Below, in pieces: positions 1 through 10,228 of a stretch of DNA of 33,352 nt. Made by a program: the position numbers and the translations under genes. Each line of letters starts with the position of its first letter. Position 1 is the stretch's first letter. The notes under the pieces are model-generated. The model searched no databases, had not been told where the DNA came from, and saw only the letters and a program-made list of their open reading frames with translations. The stretch is from Chthonomonadales bacterium (GTDB taxonomy: Bacteria; Armatimonadota; Chthonomonadetes; Chthonomonadales; CAJBBX01): assembly GCA_037442185.1 (NCBI GenBank), contig JBBIQU010000002.1, positions 29,538 to 62,889 on the forward strand, in the 5' to 3' direction.

Positions 1-16
1 AGTCGGGAGGTTAACC

Positions 17-2436
17 GTGAACAGCGTTAGCGTGCTCTTGATCGGCATCGCCCTGGCGGCGGCCTTCGGGGTGAGCTTTGGACGTTCCGACGCGGAACGC
101 ATCATCCTCGCCAACGACGCCGTATCCGTTGCCCTCGATCGGCGCACCGGCGCGCTGGTCAGCCTCAAGAACCTAGGCACCGGGACGAGTATCTGAAGGA
201 GCCCACACGCCCCGGCAACCCGTTCGTCATCCACGTTGATCCGACGGTAACGCCGAGGGCGGCGCGCGATCCCGGCTGGTGGTCGGCCGAGGTCGAGGAC
301 GATCTCGGAGGGACCGCAGTGGAGCCGACGGCGTGTCGCGTATTGTCCGTGCGCGAACGTCCCACCCGATCGGGCAAGACCATCGCCATCGAGACAGAGC
401 ACGTCGCTACACGTCTTCGTATGCTGTTGACGATCGTTCTGCCCGAATCGGCGAACTACGCCGACATGACACTGCGCGTCACCAACGCCGACACTGGCCC
501 ACACACCGTCGTGACCGCGTTCCCGCACATCAACGGCCTGAGCCTCGGTCCCGATCGCGAAACCAACCTCGGCATCATGATGGCGTCCTACGGAACGCCC
601 GGCGTGAAGGGGTGGGCCAACTCGGGAGGATGGTACGGGCGGGAAACGAGCATGCAGTGGCAGGCCGCTTACGAGCCGAGCCTCGACGAGGGCGTCGGCA
701 TGGTCATCATGGACCCTGACTGCGCGCCCAAGCTCATCCGGCGCGGTCCCGGCGGTCTCCTCTCGACGCTGCATTATCCCGGCTCCAGCCTCGCCCACGG
801 CGAGTCGCGCACCTACCCGACCGCTCGAATCGTGGTCCATCGGGGAAGCTGGCGCGTGACTGCCGAGGCCTACCGCGATTGGTTCGGGCGAGCCTTCCAG
901 GTACGCAAGCCGCCGTCGTGGATCTACGAGGCGGACCTGTACTACGGAGGCTGGATACCGGCCGCCGCCGACGTGGCCAAGGCGAAGAAGGACAGTCCGG
1001 CAACGGGTTTCACGACGTTCGAGCGTATGCCGCTGCTCTACAAGGACGGCCCGTATGACCTGATCGAGTGGGCCATGTACAACCAGGGCGTGGTGGACGA
1101 GCCCGAGAGCTATGGGCCCTACATGGGCGACGGCACGTACCTGTTCCGGTCCGATCTCGGCGGTCCCGAGGCCATGCGCGAAGGCGTTCGGCGGCTGCAC
1201 GCCATGGGGCGGCGCATCATGTTCTACGTGGCCGGAAACTCGATACTGAAATCGAGCGCCGTGCTCAAGGGCGCCAACCCCGAGGACTGGATGCTGATGG
1301 ACCGGCCCGGCCACGGGTACGACGTCGGATATCCAAACGGGTTTTCGGTGTGTCCCGGCTACCGCCCATGGCAGGAGAACCTTGCGAAAGTGGCGCGACG
1401 CATCCTGGCCGAGTCGGGAGCCGACGGAATCCGCCTCGATGAGCTGGCAGGGTTCGTGCCGTGCTTCAATCCCGCGCACAAGCACGAGAGCCCTTACGAC
1501 TCGGTGCGGTGGCTGCGCGAGCTGACGCGAACGGTCAGGGCTGCCATGGACGAGGTCAACCCCGACGCCATCCTACTCACCGAGAACCCGCTCGACGCGG
1601 TCCACGAGTCGGTCAACGGCGCCTTGCAGATGTTCCAGTCGGGCCGCGAGATAGACGCCATGCGCGTGGCGGTGCCGACCATGGTCGGCATGGCCTATCA
1701 CCCCGGAGCGGTCGAAAGCGCTCTCAACGGCTGGATCGGCGGCAAAGTCACCGCGCGACGCGTGACATGGCCGTGGGAGCATCGCGGGCTGTCAGGAAAG
1801 CCGACGTGGTATGCCGACGGGCCGGGACCCGAGCTGCGGTGGCATGAGCTTCGGGCGAGCTTCACGGAGGCCATCGGCGAGGGGTCGCCACTGGCAACCG
1901 ACCCGGTTGCGCAAGGCGACGAACGATGGGTGGGCCGAATCTGGAAGGGGAAGCGCTATTGGCTGATGGTCGGCGGCACGCTCGATGCGACACCGCTGAA
2001 AGGAACGGTTGAAGTGGATATCCCCGGACTACCGGCGCGGGTGCAGAACGCCATCGAGGTTGATGCCGGCTCGCTCGAACTCAGCGACGCCGACCTTCGA
2101 CGATCCGGTCCCAACGGTCGCGTGACAGTCCGGAGCGGGTTCGGAGCCGTCATCCTGCCGCTGCCGGGCTGTCCGCCGCTGGTGCGGATCAACGGCCGGT
2201 TGGAGGTGCGCGCGGGCGGCGAAGCGATTCTGGAGATCAAGGCCGTCCCGCTGGGCGGGAAGGTCAGAGGCGCCGTGCGCGTGGAATGCCCCGGGCTTAT
2301 CAGCGGCTCGATGGCGGCGCGCCTGCCCGGCACGGTGCGGTTTCATGTTCCCGCGGATACGCTCCCGGGCTTGTACCCGCTGCGCATCGAGGGCGACTGC
2401 CTGCCGGCGAAGCGTTGGATCAGGGTCAAGCCGTAG
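17..2436 (+). CDS. Secreted glycoside hydrolase-like protein (DUF6259-like TIM barrel); frameshifted at ~182-185 in this sequence
   Basis: GGAGG at 6-10, then GTG at 17 gives signal peptide MNSVSVLLIGIALAAAFG...LKNLGTG before TGA at 194-196. The frame of ORF 319..2436 is open upstream and reads DEYLKEPTRPGNPF from 184. Motifs DLGGPEAMREGVRRLHAMGRRIMFY and GADGIRLDE...PCFNPAHKH. Confidence 0.7.
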
Positions 2437-2515
2437 ACCCGACGACGGGCGTTGTCTGGGCCACATCCGAGAGTCGGCTGGCCGTGACGGTCGCGGGCGC
2501 GCCGGGCCTGCCAGC

Positions 2516-3433
2516 CTACTGGCTGCCCACTCCCCTGGTTCTCATGCGGATGGAGTAGAGCCCTTTGCCCGCGGTGATGAACAGCATGCGCCGATCGCTC
2601 CCGCCGAAACACACGTTGGCGGTCCAGCGCTCCTCGGGAACGGCAATCCGCTCGATCTCATTGCCTGCACGATCGAAGACGACCACGCCCGGGCCTGTCA
2701 GGTACACGTTGCCCTCGCTGTCAATGGTCATCCCGTCGGACCCCATCTCGCAGAATATGCGCTTGTTGGTCAATGATCCGTCGGCGGCGATGTCATAGGC
2801 ATAGGTTCGGCCGGCTCCAATGTCGGCCACATACAGCGTCTTGCCGTCGGGAGCGCCGATGATGCCGTTCGGTTGTTTCAAATCGGCCGCAACGCGGGTG
2901 GTCTGCTTGCCGTCAGGCGCAAGCCGAAACACCGACTGCGGATCGCGCCGGGTCTGCTCAGGCTGCCAGTAGGGACGCCGGTAATACGGATCAGTGAAGT
3001 AGACCGAGCCGTTCGGCGAGACCCACACATCGTTGGGACCGTTGAGCCGCCCGCCGCTCTCGTCACCGGAGACCGCGACCGTATGTTTGCCGGTTCGCAC
3101 GTCAACCGCTCTGAGCTCGTTCTTCTCGTCGGCGCAGACCCACAGTCGGCCGTCTCTGCCGAAGCACAGCCCGTTCGCGCGCCCGGCCGGCTGCATGAAA
3201 GTCCTGAGCTTGCCGTCCACGGTCCAGATGAGGATGCGGTCGTTGGGTTGGTCCGTGAAGTAGACGTTGCCGCGCGCATCGCTCGCAGGGCCCTCCGTGA
3301 AAGCGAAGCCGTCGGCGAGCTTCCGGAGAACCGCCCCCTCCTCCGTCACTCCGGCAGGACGGGTTACCGGCTGAGCCGGAGCAGCGCGTCCCGATGCAAT
3401 CCATACGAGCAATACCGCAAATGGCGCGTACAT
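2516..3433 (-). CDS. SMP-30/gluconolactonase/LRE family beta-propeller protein, secreted
   Basis: FTEGP, NGPNDV, QPNGI and SDGMTIDSEGNVY motifs; N-terminal signal peptide; GGAGG RBS upstream. Confidence 0.92.
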   Translation of the reverse strand: MYAPFAVLLVWIASGRAAPAQPVTRPAGVTEEGAVLRKLADGFAFTEGPASDARGNVYFTDQPNDRILIWTVDGKLRTFMQPAGRANGLCFGRDGRLWVCADEKNELRAVDVRTGKHTVAVSGDESGGRLNGPNDVWVSPNGSVYFTDPYYRRPYWQPEQTRRDPQSVFRLAPDGKQTTRVAADLKQPNGIIGAPDGKTLYVADIGAGRTYAYDIAADGSLTNKRIFCEMGSDGMTIDSEGNVYLTGPGVVVFDRAGNEIERIAVPEERWTANVCFGGSDRRMLFITAGKGLYSIRMRTRGVGSQ

Positions 3434-3521
3434 GGTCGTCCTCCTTGCCTCTTGAGGTTACCTCACACATCCGGCACGACCCGTCACGACCGGAGGCGAT
3501 GGACGTTTCCCTAGACCGGTG

Positions 3522-3549
3522 GGAACTTCAAACATAGAGACCGTGTCAA
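3522..3549 (+). promoter_or_regulatory. ECF (sigmaE/RpoE-like) promoter
   Basis: GGAACTT (3522-3528), 16-nt spacer, GTCAA (3545-3549); matches the RpoE-type consensus GGAACTT-N16-GTCAA. Confidence 0.6.
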
Positions 3550-3575
3550 CACAGACCGGACAGGAGCGTACTGCC

Positions 3576-4370
3576 ATGAAACTGAGAAATGCGACTGCAC
3601 GGCGCTTCGGGATCGGCGCGCTGGTTAGCTTGATGGCAATGACCGCCGGAGTTGGCGCCTCGGCCCGTGACCTGATCGTCGAAGTTGAGGGGCGCAGGGT
3701 TGACCTGGGCCATCGGCAAAGGGCGTACATGGACCGCGGCGTCTGGATGATCCCGGCCCAGCCGGTCCTGCGGGCGGGCGGGGTCTGGAGCCGCTGGGAC
3801 AGCCGCCGGGGCGAGCTGGAGATTGCCGCGGGTTACGGGCGGTTCGTCGTGTTCGCAGACAGCTGGACCATCATCGTCGGATCGCGCCGTGAGGCGCTCT
3901 CGCGTCCCGTCGCGGTCCACCACGGAGCCCCGTTCGTGCCCGTCGAGTTCCTTGAGAGATGCCTGCGCATGCGGGCTGTCTACGACCCGCGCGATGACGT
4001 GCTCTGTTTCGGCGAACGACCGCGCTGGCGGCATGATGACCGCGACCGGTGGCGCTTTGACGATCGCGAGCGGTGGCGCTACGACGATCGCCGCAACGAC
4101 TATCGCCGAGACCGGGGCTTCTACATGGATCCACCCGGACGCCGCTTCGGTTCGAGCGTGGATTTCCGCGGTCGTTGGGGCGGCAACAGCGTCCGCATTC
4201 GGGTGTACCGCGACAACGGCTCGGTCTGCATCAATCGGAGCGCGGGAGTGCGCAACGGTGAGTGGTCCGCCGCGCTTTCCCTTAGCTCAGGGAAGTACCG
4301 TGCGGTGGTAGAGGCGATGGACGGCGTCGTGGTGGCCCACAGGCGGGAGGTCGAGTTCGAAGTCAGGTAG
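3576..4370 (+). CDS. Secreted copper amine oxidase N-terminal (stalk)-like domain protein with RWRxDDRx repeats
   Basis: AGGAG RBS at 3562-3566 before ATG 3576; signal peptide; GVWMIPAQPVL...WD...HHGAPFVPVEFLERCL..AVYD pattern. Confidence 0.7.
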   Translation: MKLRNATARRFGIGALVSLMAMTAGVGASARDLIVEVEGRRVDLGHRQRAYMDRGVWMIPAQPVLRAGGVWSRWDSRRGELEIAAGYGRFVVFADSWTIIVGSRREALSRPVAVHHGAPFVPVEFLERCLRMRAVYDPRDDVLCFGERPRWRHDDRDRWRFDDRERWRYDDRRNDYRRDRGFYMDPPGRRFGSSVDFRGRWGGNSVRIRVYRDNGSVCINRSAGVRNGEWSAALSLSSGKYRAVVEAMDGVVVAHRREVEFEVR

Positions 4371-4392
4371 TCTCCGTACGCGCGATCTCTGA

Positions 4393-4426
4393 CGAGGCCG
4401 GCTGAACGTTCTTCGAGCCGGCCTCG
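4393..4426 (+). terminator. GC-rich hairpin after CDS 3576-4370
   Basis: CGAGGCCGGCT ... AGCCGGCCTCG, an 11-bp perfect stem; weak U tail. Confidence 0.45.
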
Positions 4427-4471
4427 CCTGTTCGGAGCGCATCAAACCCGCGGAATGGTTGTCGGCGGTAG

Positions 4472-4480
4472 TGGTACAAT
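4472..4480 (+). promoter_or_regulatory. Extended -10 element upstream of ABC transporter
   Basis: TGGTACAAT (TGn-TACAAT), 31 nt before ATG 4512. Confidence 0.4.
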
Positions 4481-4511
4481 GGAGTGAAAGCTCAGTACCA
4501 GTAACCACGCC

Positions 4512-6782
4512 ATGCCACTGCTCGAGGAACTGCCTCCGTCCGTAAGTGAGGCGCTGCGCGCGCTAGCGCCCGAGACCCACGACGCACCCAAAGCCGAGGA
4601 CACCGCGCAACCGACCGACGACGGTCAATCGCCGACCGTCATACTCGAGACGGACATCTCCGGCGGCGTGTTCGGCACCGAGTGGCTCGTGCTGAAGGAC
4701 CGCACGGTCTACGTCCTCTGTCCGAACGGATCGGGTCCGGCGACCGTGCGGCATGCCATACCGATCTCCCGCATTCGGGCGGCAAGCGCCGACATGTATG
4801 TGGGCAACGGCGCGCTCGAAGTTCGCACCGACGAAGAGACCATCCCCCTGATCCGGTATTCGATCGCCGCGGCCGCCGAAGCAGGCGCCGTCGCCAGACA
4901 GATCAACGGACTGGCGACAGGAGAGGCGCTCCCGCTCGACAAGGTTGAGCCCAGGAAGCGCCTCTGTCCCAAGTGCAAGCGCGTGCTGCCCGAGGGGAGC
5001 GACGTCTGCCGCGCCTGCATTGACGCTCGGGCGGTGCTGCTGCGGCTGTTCCGGTTCCTGAAGCCCTACAGTCTCCTCGCGGTCTTGAGCGTGTTCATCA
5101 TTGTGGCCCAGGCGCTTCTCGAACTGGTTCCGCCGTGGATCGGCGGGCGCATCGTAGACACGGTAGTGAGACAGGTTCAGGCCGGCGACGCCAACATGGG
5201 CGAGGTATGGGGCTTCGTCGGCATCTTCGCCGCAACCCAGGCAGGCATGGCGCTGTGCATGTATGGGCGCAGGCGCATCAACTCGTGGCTCGGCGCGCGT
5301 GTCTTGATGGACATTCGGATCGGCGTGTTCAACCAGCTCAGCCTCCTGTCGCTGAGCTACTACGACAAGAGAAACTCGGCCTCCGTGATGTCGCGCATCA
5401 CCAACGATGCCGACCACCTCTGGGACTTCCTCACCGACGGCATTCCGTGGCTCATGTCCACGCTGCTGGCGATCGTGTTCACCAGCTCGGTGCTCTTCAC
5501 GATGAACGCCCGTCTGGCGGCCATCCTGCTCACTCCCGGCATCTTCGTCTTCTTCCTGAACCGCTGGTTCCATCCGCGGGCGAGACGCAAGTGGCAGCAT
5601 GTCTGGCACCGCATCAGTAAGATGTATGCCGCGCTGGGCACGACGCTGTCCGGCATGCGGGTCGTCAAGGCGTTCGCCCAGGAAGAGCGGGAGCGCGGCC
5701 GATTCCGCGACCGCAACCTCAACGTCTTTCGCGCCAGCTACGAAGCGAATGCCATGTGGGCCATCTACTGGCCGATCCTCGGGTTCCTCATGGCCGGCGG
5801 CTACATGATCCTCTGGGCATATGGCGGCCATCAGGTTCTTCACGGCGTCATGTCGGTCGGTACCCTGACCGCGTTCGGGGGGTACCTGATGCGGTTCTAC
5901 ACCCCCTTCCAGGACTTCGGCCGGGTGATTGACTGGTCCACACGATCCCTCACCGCTGCCGAGCGCGTCTTCGAAGTGCTTGACACCCAGCCGGATGTCA
6001 CCGAAAGCGACAAGCCGCAGCGTCCGGCGGAAATGCGCGGCGCGGTTGAGTTCGATAGGGTCGGCTTCAGCTACGATGGCGCGAAGCGGGTGCTCGACGA
6101 GTTCACGTTGAAGGTGGAGCCCGGCGAGATGATCGGCCTTGTCGGGCATAGCGGAGCCGGCAAGACCACGATCATCAACCTGCTGAGCCGCTTCTACGAC
6201 GTGATTGACGGGTCCATCAAGGTGGACGGCGTGGACTTGCGCGACATGGACATGGCCGAGTTTCGCAATCGGCTGGGCATCGTGCTTCAGGAGCCGTTCC
6301 TGTTCCCCGGCACCGTGCGCGACAACATCGCCTACGCCAAGCCCCATGCTACGGTCGAGGAGATCATGCGGGCCGCCAAGGCCGCCAACTGCCACGAGTT
6401 CATCATGAAGTTCCCCGACGGCTATGACACCCAGGTGGGTGAGCGCGGTCAGCGCCTCTCGGGCGGAGAGCGGCAGAGGATCAGCATCGCGAGGGCCATC
6501 CTGCACGATCCGAAGATACTGATCCTCGACGAGGCGACGGCCAGCGTGGACACCGAGACCGAGCAGCAGATACAGCAGGCCATCCAGAGGCTCGTGGCCA
6601 ATCGAACCACGTTCGCCATCGCGCACAGGCTGAGCACCCTTCGCAACGCTTCGCGCCTTGTCGTGATGAAAGAGGGACGCCTGGTCGAAGTGGGCACGCA
6701 CGACGAGCTGATGGCCAAAGACGGCGTCTACGCGAATCTCGTAAACATCCAGACGGAGGTGAACCGCATCCGTGCCGTCTGA
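4512..6782 (+). CDS. ABC exporter, fused permease/ATP-binding protein with N-terminal extension and CxxC-CxxC zinc ribbon
   Basis: Walker A GHSGAGKT, signature LSGGERQR, Walker B ILILDEATA, AHRLST; TM helices; CPKC...CRAC before the TMD. Confidence 0.95.
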   Translation: MPLLEELPPSVSEALRALAPETHDAPKAEDTAQPTDDGQSPTVILETDISGGVFGTEWLVLKDRTVYVLCPNGSGPATVRHAIPISRIRAASADMYVGNGALEVRTDEETIPLIRYSIAAAAEAGAVARQINGLATGEALPLDKVEPRKRLCPKCKRVLPEGSDVCRACIDARAVLLRLFRFLKPYSLLAVLSVFIIVAQALLELVPPWIGGRIVDTVVRQVQAGDANMGEVWGFVGIFAATQAGMALCMYGRRRINSWLGARVLMDIRIGVFNQLSLLSLSYYDKRNSASVMSRITNDADHLWDFLTDGIPWLMSTLLAIVFTSSVLFTMNARLAAILLTPGIFVFFLNRWFHPRARRKWQHVWHRISKMYAALGTTLSGMRVVKAFAQEERERGRFRDRNLNVFRASYEANAMWAIYWPILGFLMAGGYMILWAYGGHQVLHGVMSVGTLTAFGGYLMRFYTPFQDFGRVIDWSTRSLTAAERVFEVLDTQPDVTESDKPQRPAEMRGAVEFDRVGFSYDGAKRVLDEFTLKVEPGEMIGLVGHSGAGKTTIINLLSRFYDVIDGSIKVDGVDLRDMDMAEFRNRLGIVLQEPFLFPGTVRDNIAYAKPHATVEEIMRAAKAANCHEFIMKFPDGYDTQVGERGQRLSGGERQRISIARAILHDPKILILDEATASVDTETEQQIQQAIQRLVANRTTFAIAHRLSTLRNASRLVVMKEGRLVEVGTHDELMAKDGVYANLVNIQTEVNRIRAV

Positions 6783-7329
6783 ACTCCCTGCCGACAGCGC
6801 CGAGAACCGCGCCGGCGATCCTGGTCCCCAGCATCTCGATTCGTTCGATCTCCGCATCCTCGATCCGTCGAAGACGACGCTGCGAAGAATCGGAGGACTG
6901 ACGCGATTGACCATCGAGGGCGATCGCTCGTGGACGCGCGCCAATCCTGCGCGCGCCTTCCCCGTATCGGATCCGGACCACTACATCGGATTTCTCGACG
7001 GCGCAGGCAAGGACATCGGCATTCTGCGCGACCCCTCGCTGCTCGACGAGGAGTCGAAGCGCATACTGGCCAAGGACCTTGAGATGCGCTACTTCGTGCC
7101 GGTGGTCACGAAGGTCAACAAGGTGAAAGTCGAGTTCGGCGCGGTGTACTGGACTGTGGAAACAACGCGGGGGCCCCGCGATGTCATCGTGCGCAATCTG
7201 CGCGACAACCTTCAGGAACTGAGCGCGACGCGGGTGCTGGTCACGGACGTGGACGGCAATCGGGTGGAGTTTCCCAACATCAACGAGCTCGATCAGGAGA
7301 GCCTCGGGGTCATCTTGCGTCACCTCTGA
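6772..7329 (+). CDS. DUF1854 domain protein
   Basis: RAFPVSDPDHYIGFLD, RYFVPVVTKV, WTVETTRG and DVDGNR motifs; overlaps the ABC gene stop, its usual neighbour. Confidence 0.85.
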   Translation: MPSELPADSAENRAGDPGPQHLDSFDLRILDPSKTTLRRIGGLTRLTIEGDRSWTRANPARAFPVSDPDHYIGFLDGAGKDIGILRDPSLLDEESKRILAKDLEMRYFVPVVTKVNKVKVEFGAVYWTVETTRGPRDVIVRNLRDNLQELSATRVLVTDVDGNRVEFPNINELDQESLGVILRHL

Positions 7330-7492
7330 TGCCGTCGCATTGTCGGGCGGCCGGAACGCTGCAACACGGCGGCGTCCGCGTGCGTCCAACCTTTGGCGCA
7401 CCGACGCCGCACGCTTCGCGTCGGATGGCGCAAGGTACAATGACCGGACGAAAGTTCGCGTCTCCAATGCGGGCGACGCAGGAAGGGCAGCA

Positions 7493-8758
7493 ATGTCAGA
7501 CAAGCAAGGAATGGATCGTCGGGATTTCCTCATGGGAGCCGCTCTCACCGGCCTGACCATGGGGCTGGTTGTTGAGGAGCTCCGCGCGGAGCCGCAGGCA
7601 GCAGGCCAGGCTGCCGCGCCGGCCGCTCCGCCCGTCAGCTGCGCGGTTGTGGGCCTCGGGCTCAGAGGCCGCGAGATACTGACCGCATTGGCCAAACTGC
7701 CCGGCGCGCCCGTGGCCGCGATCTGCGACTCGTACACGTCCGAGGCCTATGTCAAGCGCGCGCAGACGATCGCCCCCAACGCCAAGTTCGAGGCCGACTA
7801 CAAGGCGGTCCTCGGGAACCCCGCCGTCAAGGCGGTGTTTGTTGCGACGCCGTCGCATCTGCACAAGCAGATCGTTCTCGATGCGATCCAGGCCGGCAAG
7901 CATGTCTACTGCGAAGCCCCATTGGCCAGCTCGATTGACGATGCCAGAGCCATAGCCCAAGCGGGCGCTGCCGCCAAGACGATCTTCCAGGCGGGCCTCC
8001 AGTATCGGGCGAACAAGATGCACAACCATGCCATCACGTTCCTTGGCGACATGGGCAAGCCGGTCGGCGCAAGGGCACAGTGGCACCGCAAGACCTCGTG
8101 GCGGGCGGCTGCCCCCACTCCAGATCGCGAGCGAGAGCTGAGCTGGCGGATGTACAAAGCCTCGTCGGCGGGTCTGCCCGGCGAAGTCGGCATCCACCAG
8201 TTCGACGTGATCTCGTGGTACCTGAAGGAGCAGCCCGTTGCGGTGACCGGCTTCGCCAACGCCGCCGCGAAAGACGGCATGGAGGTCCCCGACACGATCC
8301 AGTGCCTCCTCGACTACCCGTCGGGCATTCGGATGGTCTACGACGCGACGCTCTGCAACTCGTTCGACGGGTCCTATGAAATCATCCTTGGCCCGGCGTT
8401 CGCCATGATGATCCGCGACCAGCGCGGCTGGATGTACAAGGAGACCGACTCTCCGCTGCTCGGCTGGGAAGTGTACGCCCGCAAGGACAAGTACGGCGAC
8501 GAGAACGGCATCGCGCTCGTTGCCGATGCGACCAAGCTCATGAGTCAGGGCAAGGAGCCGGGCAAGGTCGGCACAGATGTCGGCAAGTCGGCGTTGTATC
8601 AGTCCGTCGAGGCGTTTCTGAACAGCGTGCGAACGGGCGCAAAGCCGGCTGCGACGGCAGAGATCGGCTTCCAGGCGAACGTGGTGGCGGTCCGCGCGCA
8701 TGAAGCGTGTCTCAGCGGAAGCCGCGTTGAGATCACCGCCGATTCGCTGAAGCTCTAG
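7493..8758 (+). CDS. Tat-exported Gfo/Idh/MocA family oxidoreductase
   Basis: DRRDFL twin-arginine signal; VGLGLRG NAD-binding motif; ATPSHLH; KHVYCEAP (Ala replaces the usual EKP Lys). GGAAGG RBS before ATG 7493. Confidence 0.9.
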   Translation: MSDKQGMDRRDFLMGAALTGLTMGLVVEELRAEPQAAGQAAAPAAPPVSCAVVGLGLRGREILTALAKLPGAPVAAICDSYTSEAYVKRAQTIAPNAKFEADYKAVLGNPAVKAVFVATPSHLHKQIVLDAIQAGKHVYCEAPLASSIDDARAIAQAGAAAKTIFQAGLQYRANKMHNHAITFLGDMGKPVGARAQWHRKTSWRAAAPTPDRERELSWRMYKASSAGLPGEVGIHQFDVISWYLKEQPVAVTGFANAAAKDGMEVPDTIQCLLDYPSGIRMVYDATLCNSFDGSYEIILGPAFAMMIRDQRGWMYKETDSPLLGWEVYARKDKYGDENGIALVADATKLMSQGKEPGKVGTDVGKSALYQSVEAFLNSVRTGAKPAATAEIGFQANVVAVRAHEACLSGSRVEITADSLKL

Positions 8759-8829
8759 TTGCCCCGCCATGTGAGCGGGATGGAGAACCTAACGTCGGCC
8801 GGGTTCGACCAAAGGAGTGACATCGAACC

Positions 8830-10164
8830 ATGAACAACGAAAACGCAAGCGGCGCAACGAGACGCGACCTGATCAAGTCCGCGGCGGCCGCGACGGTCGC
8901 CACAGTTGCCGGCGCAAGCGTTGCCAAGAGCGCCGCGTTCGCCGTAGCCCCTTCACGCGTGCTCGGGGCCAACGAGCGGATCAACGTGGGCTTCGTCGGC
9001 GTCGGCGGTCAGGGCATGACACATGTTCGACTGCTCAAGGAGAACGCCGAAGACAACAACACCGCCAATGTCGCGGTGTGCGATATCTATCGGCGACGCG
9101 TCAAGGGAGCCCAGGGCTTCTGCGAACTGCCCGACAAGGCGGCGTTCGAGGACTACCGCAAGCTGCTCGAGATAAAGGACATTGACGCCGTCTGGATCGC
9201 CACATCGGACAACTGGCACGCCCCGATCGCCATCGCCGCCATGGAGGCCGGAAAGCACGTTTACATCGAGAAGCCCATGTGCCGCACCGTAGAGGAAGCC
9301 TATGCCATCTACGACGCAGCCAAGAAGACCAGGAAGCTCGTTCAGGTCGGTTCCCAGGGCTGTTCGGACCCCAAGTGGCATGTTGCAGGCAAGGTGGTCA
9401 AGGAAGGCCGCATCGGTCACCTCGTGCAGGCGCAGGGCAGCTACTGCCGCAACGGCAAGGCGGGCGAGTGGAATTACTACGCGATTGACAAGGATGCAGG
9501 TCCCAACGCAACCGGCGACGGCTACATCAACTGGGATGTCTTCCGGATGGGCAAGGAGCCCAGAGAGTGGGATCCCGATCGGTATTTCCGGTGGAGGAAG
9601 TACTGGGCCTACGGCAACGGCATCATGGGCGACCTGTTCCCCCATCGCCTGCACCCGCTGGCCATCGCCATGGCCCTCCCGCAGACCGGCATGGGCGGCT
9701 TCCCCTCGCGCGTATCTTCGATGGGCGGCCTGTATGTCCAGAAGATCAATCCTGAGACCAAGAAGGTTGACCGGGAAGTGCCGGACTTCACCACCATTCA
9801 GGTGGATTTCGCCGAAGGCTGCACCATGATGCTACTCGGCTCGACGATCAACGAGCAGGGCTGGCAGGACATGATCCGTGGCAACATGGCCACGCTGTAC
9901 TTCGGCGGATCGGGCGTTCAGATCCGGCCCGAGCGCGTCTGGGCCGAAGAGGTGGAGTTCGGCGAGGAGCCGGTCGAGGGCGCAGGCGAGAGCATCGAGG
10001 AGCACCACAAGAACTTCCTGAAGTGCATCCGCGAGGGCGGCGTGCCCAACTGCAACATTGAACTGGCACTTCGCGTGCAGATCATGATCTCGCTCGGCGA
10101 GATGGCCTATCGCCGCGGCAAGACCATGCACTTCGACCCCAAGACCCGCAAGTACTGGGGCTAA
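8830..10164 (+). CDS. Tat-exported Gfo/Idh/MocA family oxidoreductase
   Basis: TRRDLIK signal; RVLGANERINVGFVGVGGQG; KHVYIEKPM; AAGGAG RBS. Confidence 0.92.
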   Translation: MNNENASGATRRDLIKSAAAATVATVAGASVAKSAAFAVAPSRVLGANERINVGFVGVGGQGMTHVRLLKENAEDNNTANVAVCDIYRRRVKGAQGFCELPDKAAFEDYRKLLEIKDIDAVWIATSDNWHAPIAIAAMEAGKHVYIEKPMCRTVEEAYAIYDAAKKTRKLVQVGSQGCSDPKWHVAGKVVKEGRIGHLVQAQGSYCRNGKAGEWNYYAIDKDAGPNATGDGYINWDVFRMGKEPREWDPDRYFRWRKYWAYGNGIMGDLFPHRLHPLAIAMALPQTGMGGFPSRVSSMGGLYVQKINPETKKVDREVPDFTTIQVDFAEGCTMMLLGSTINEQGWQDMIRGNMATLYFGGSGVQIRPERVWAEEVEFGEEPVEGAGESIEEHHKNFLKCIREGGVPNCNIELALRVQIMISLGEMAYRRGKTMHFDPKTRKYWG

Positions 10165-10174
10165 TGGAGAACCT

Positions 10175-10217
10175 GTCTGACCTGTCCGACCCGTCCGACA
10201 GGTCAGACAGGTCAGAC
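10175..10217. repeat. 9-bp-period array of GTCNGAC (5 units), overall self-complementary
   Basis: Units at 10175, 10184, 10193, 10202 and 10211. Confidence 0.9.
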
Positions 10218-10228
10218 GGTTCTGCTTC

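Noticed and set aside
4563-6944. 793-aa antisense ORF (and similar long shadow ORFs at 7496-8770, 17209-18405, 23489-25081, 30556-31785)
   Set aside because: Opposite-strand shadows of well-supported genes, expected in high-GC DNA; no recognisable motifs.
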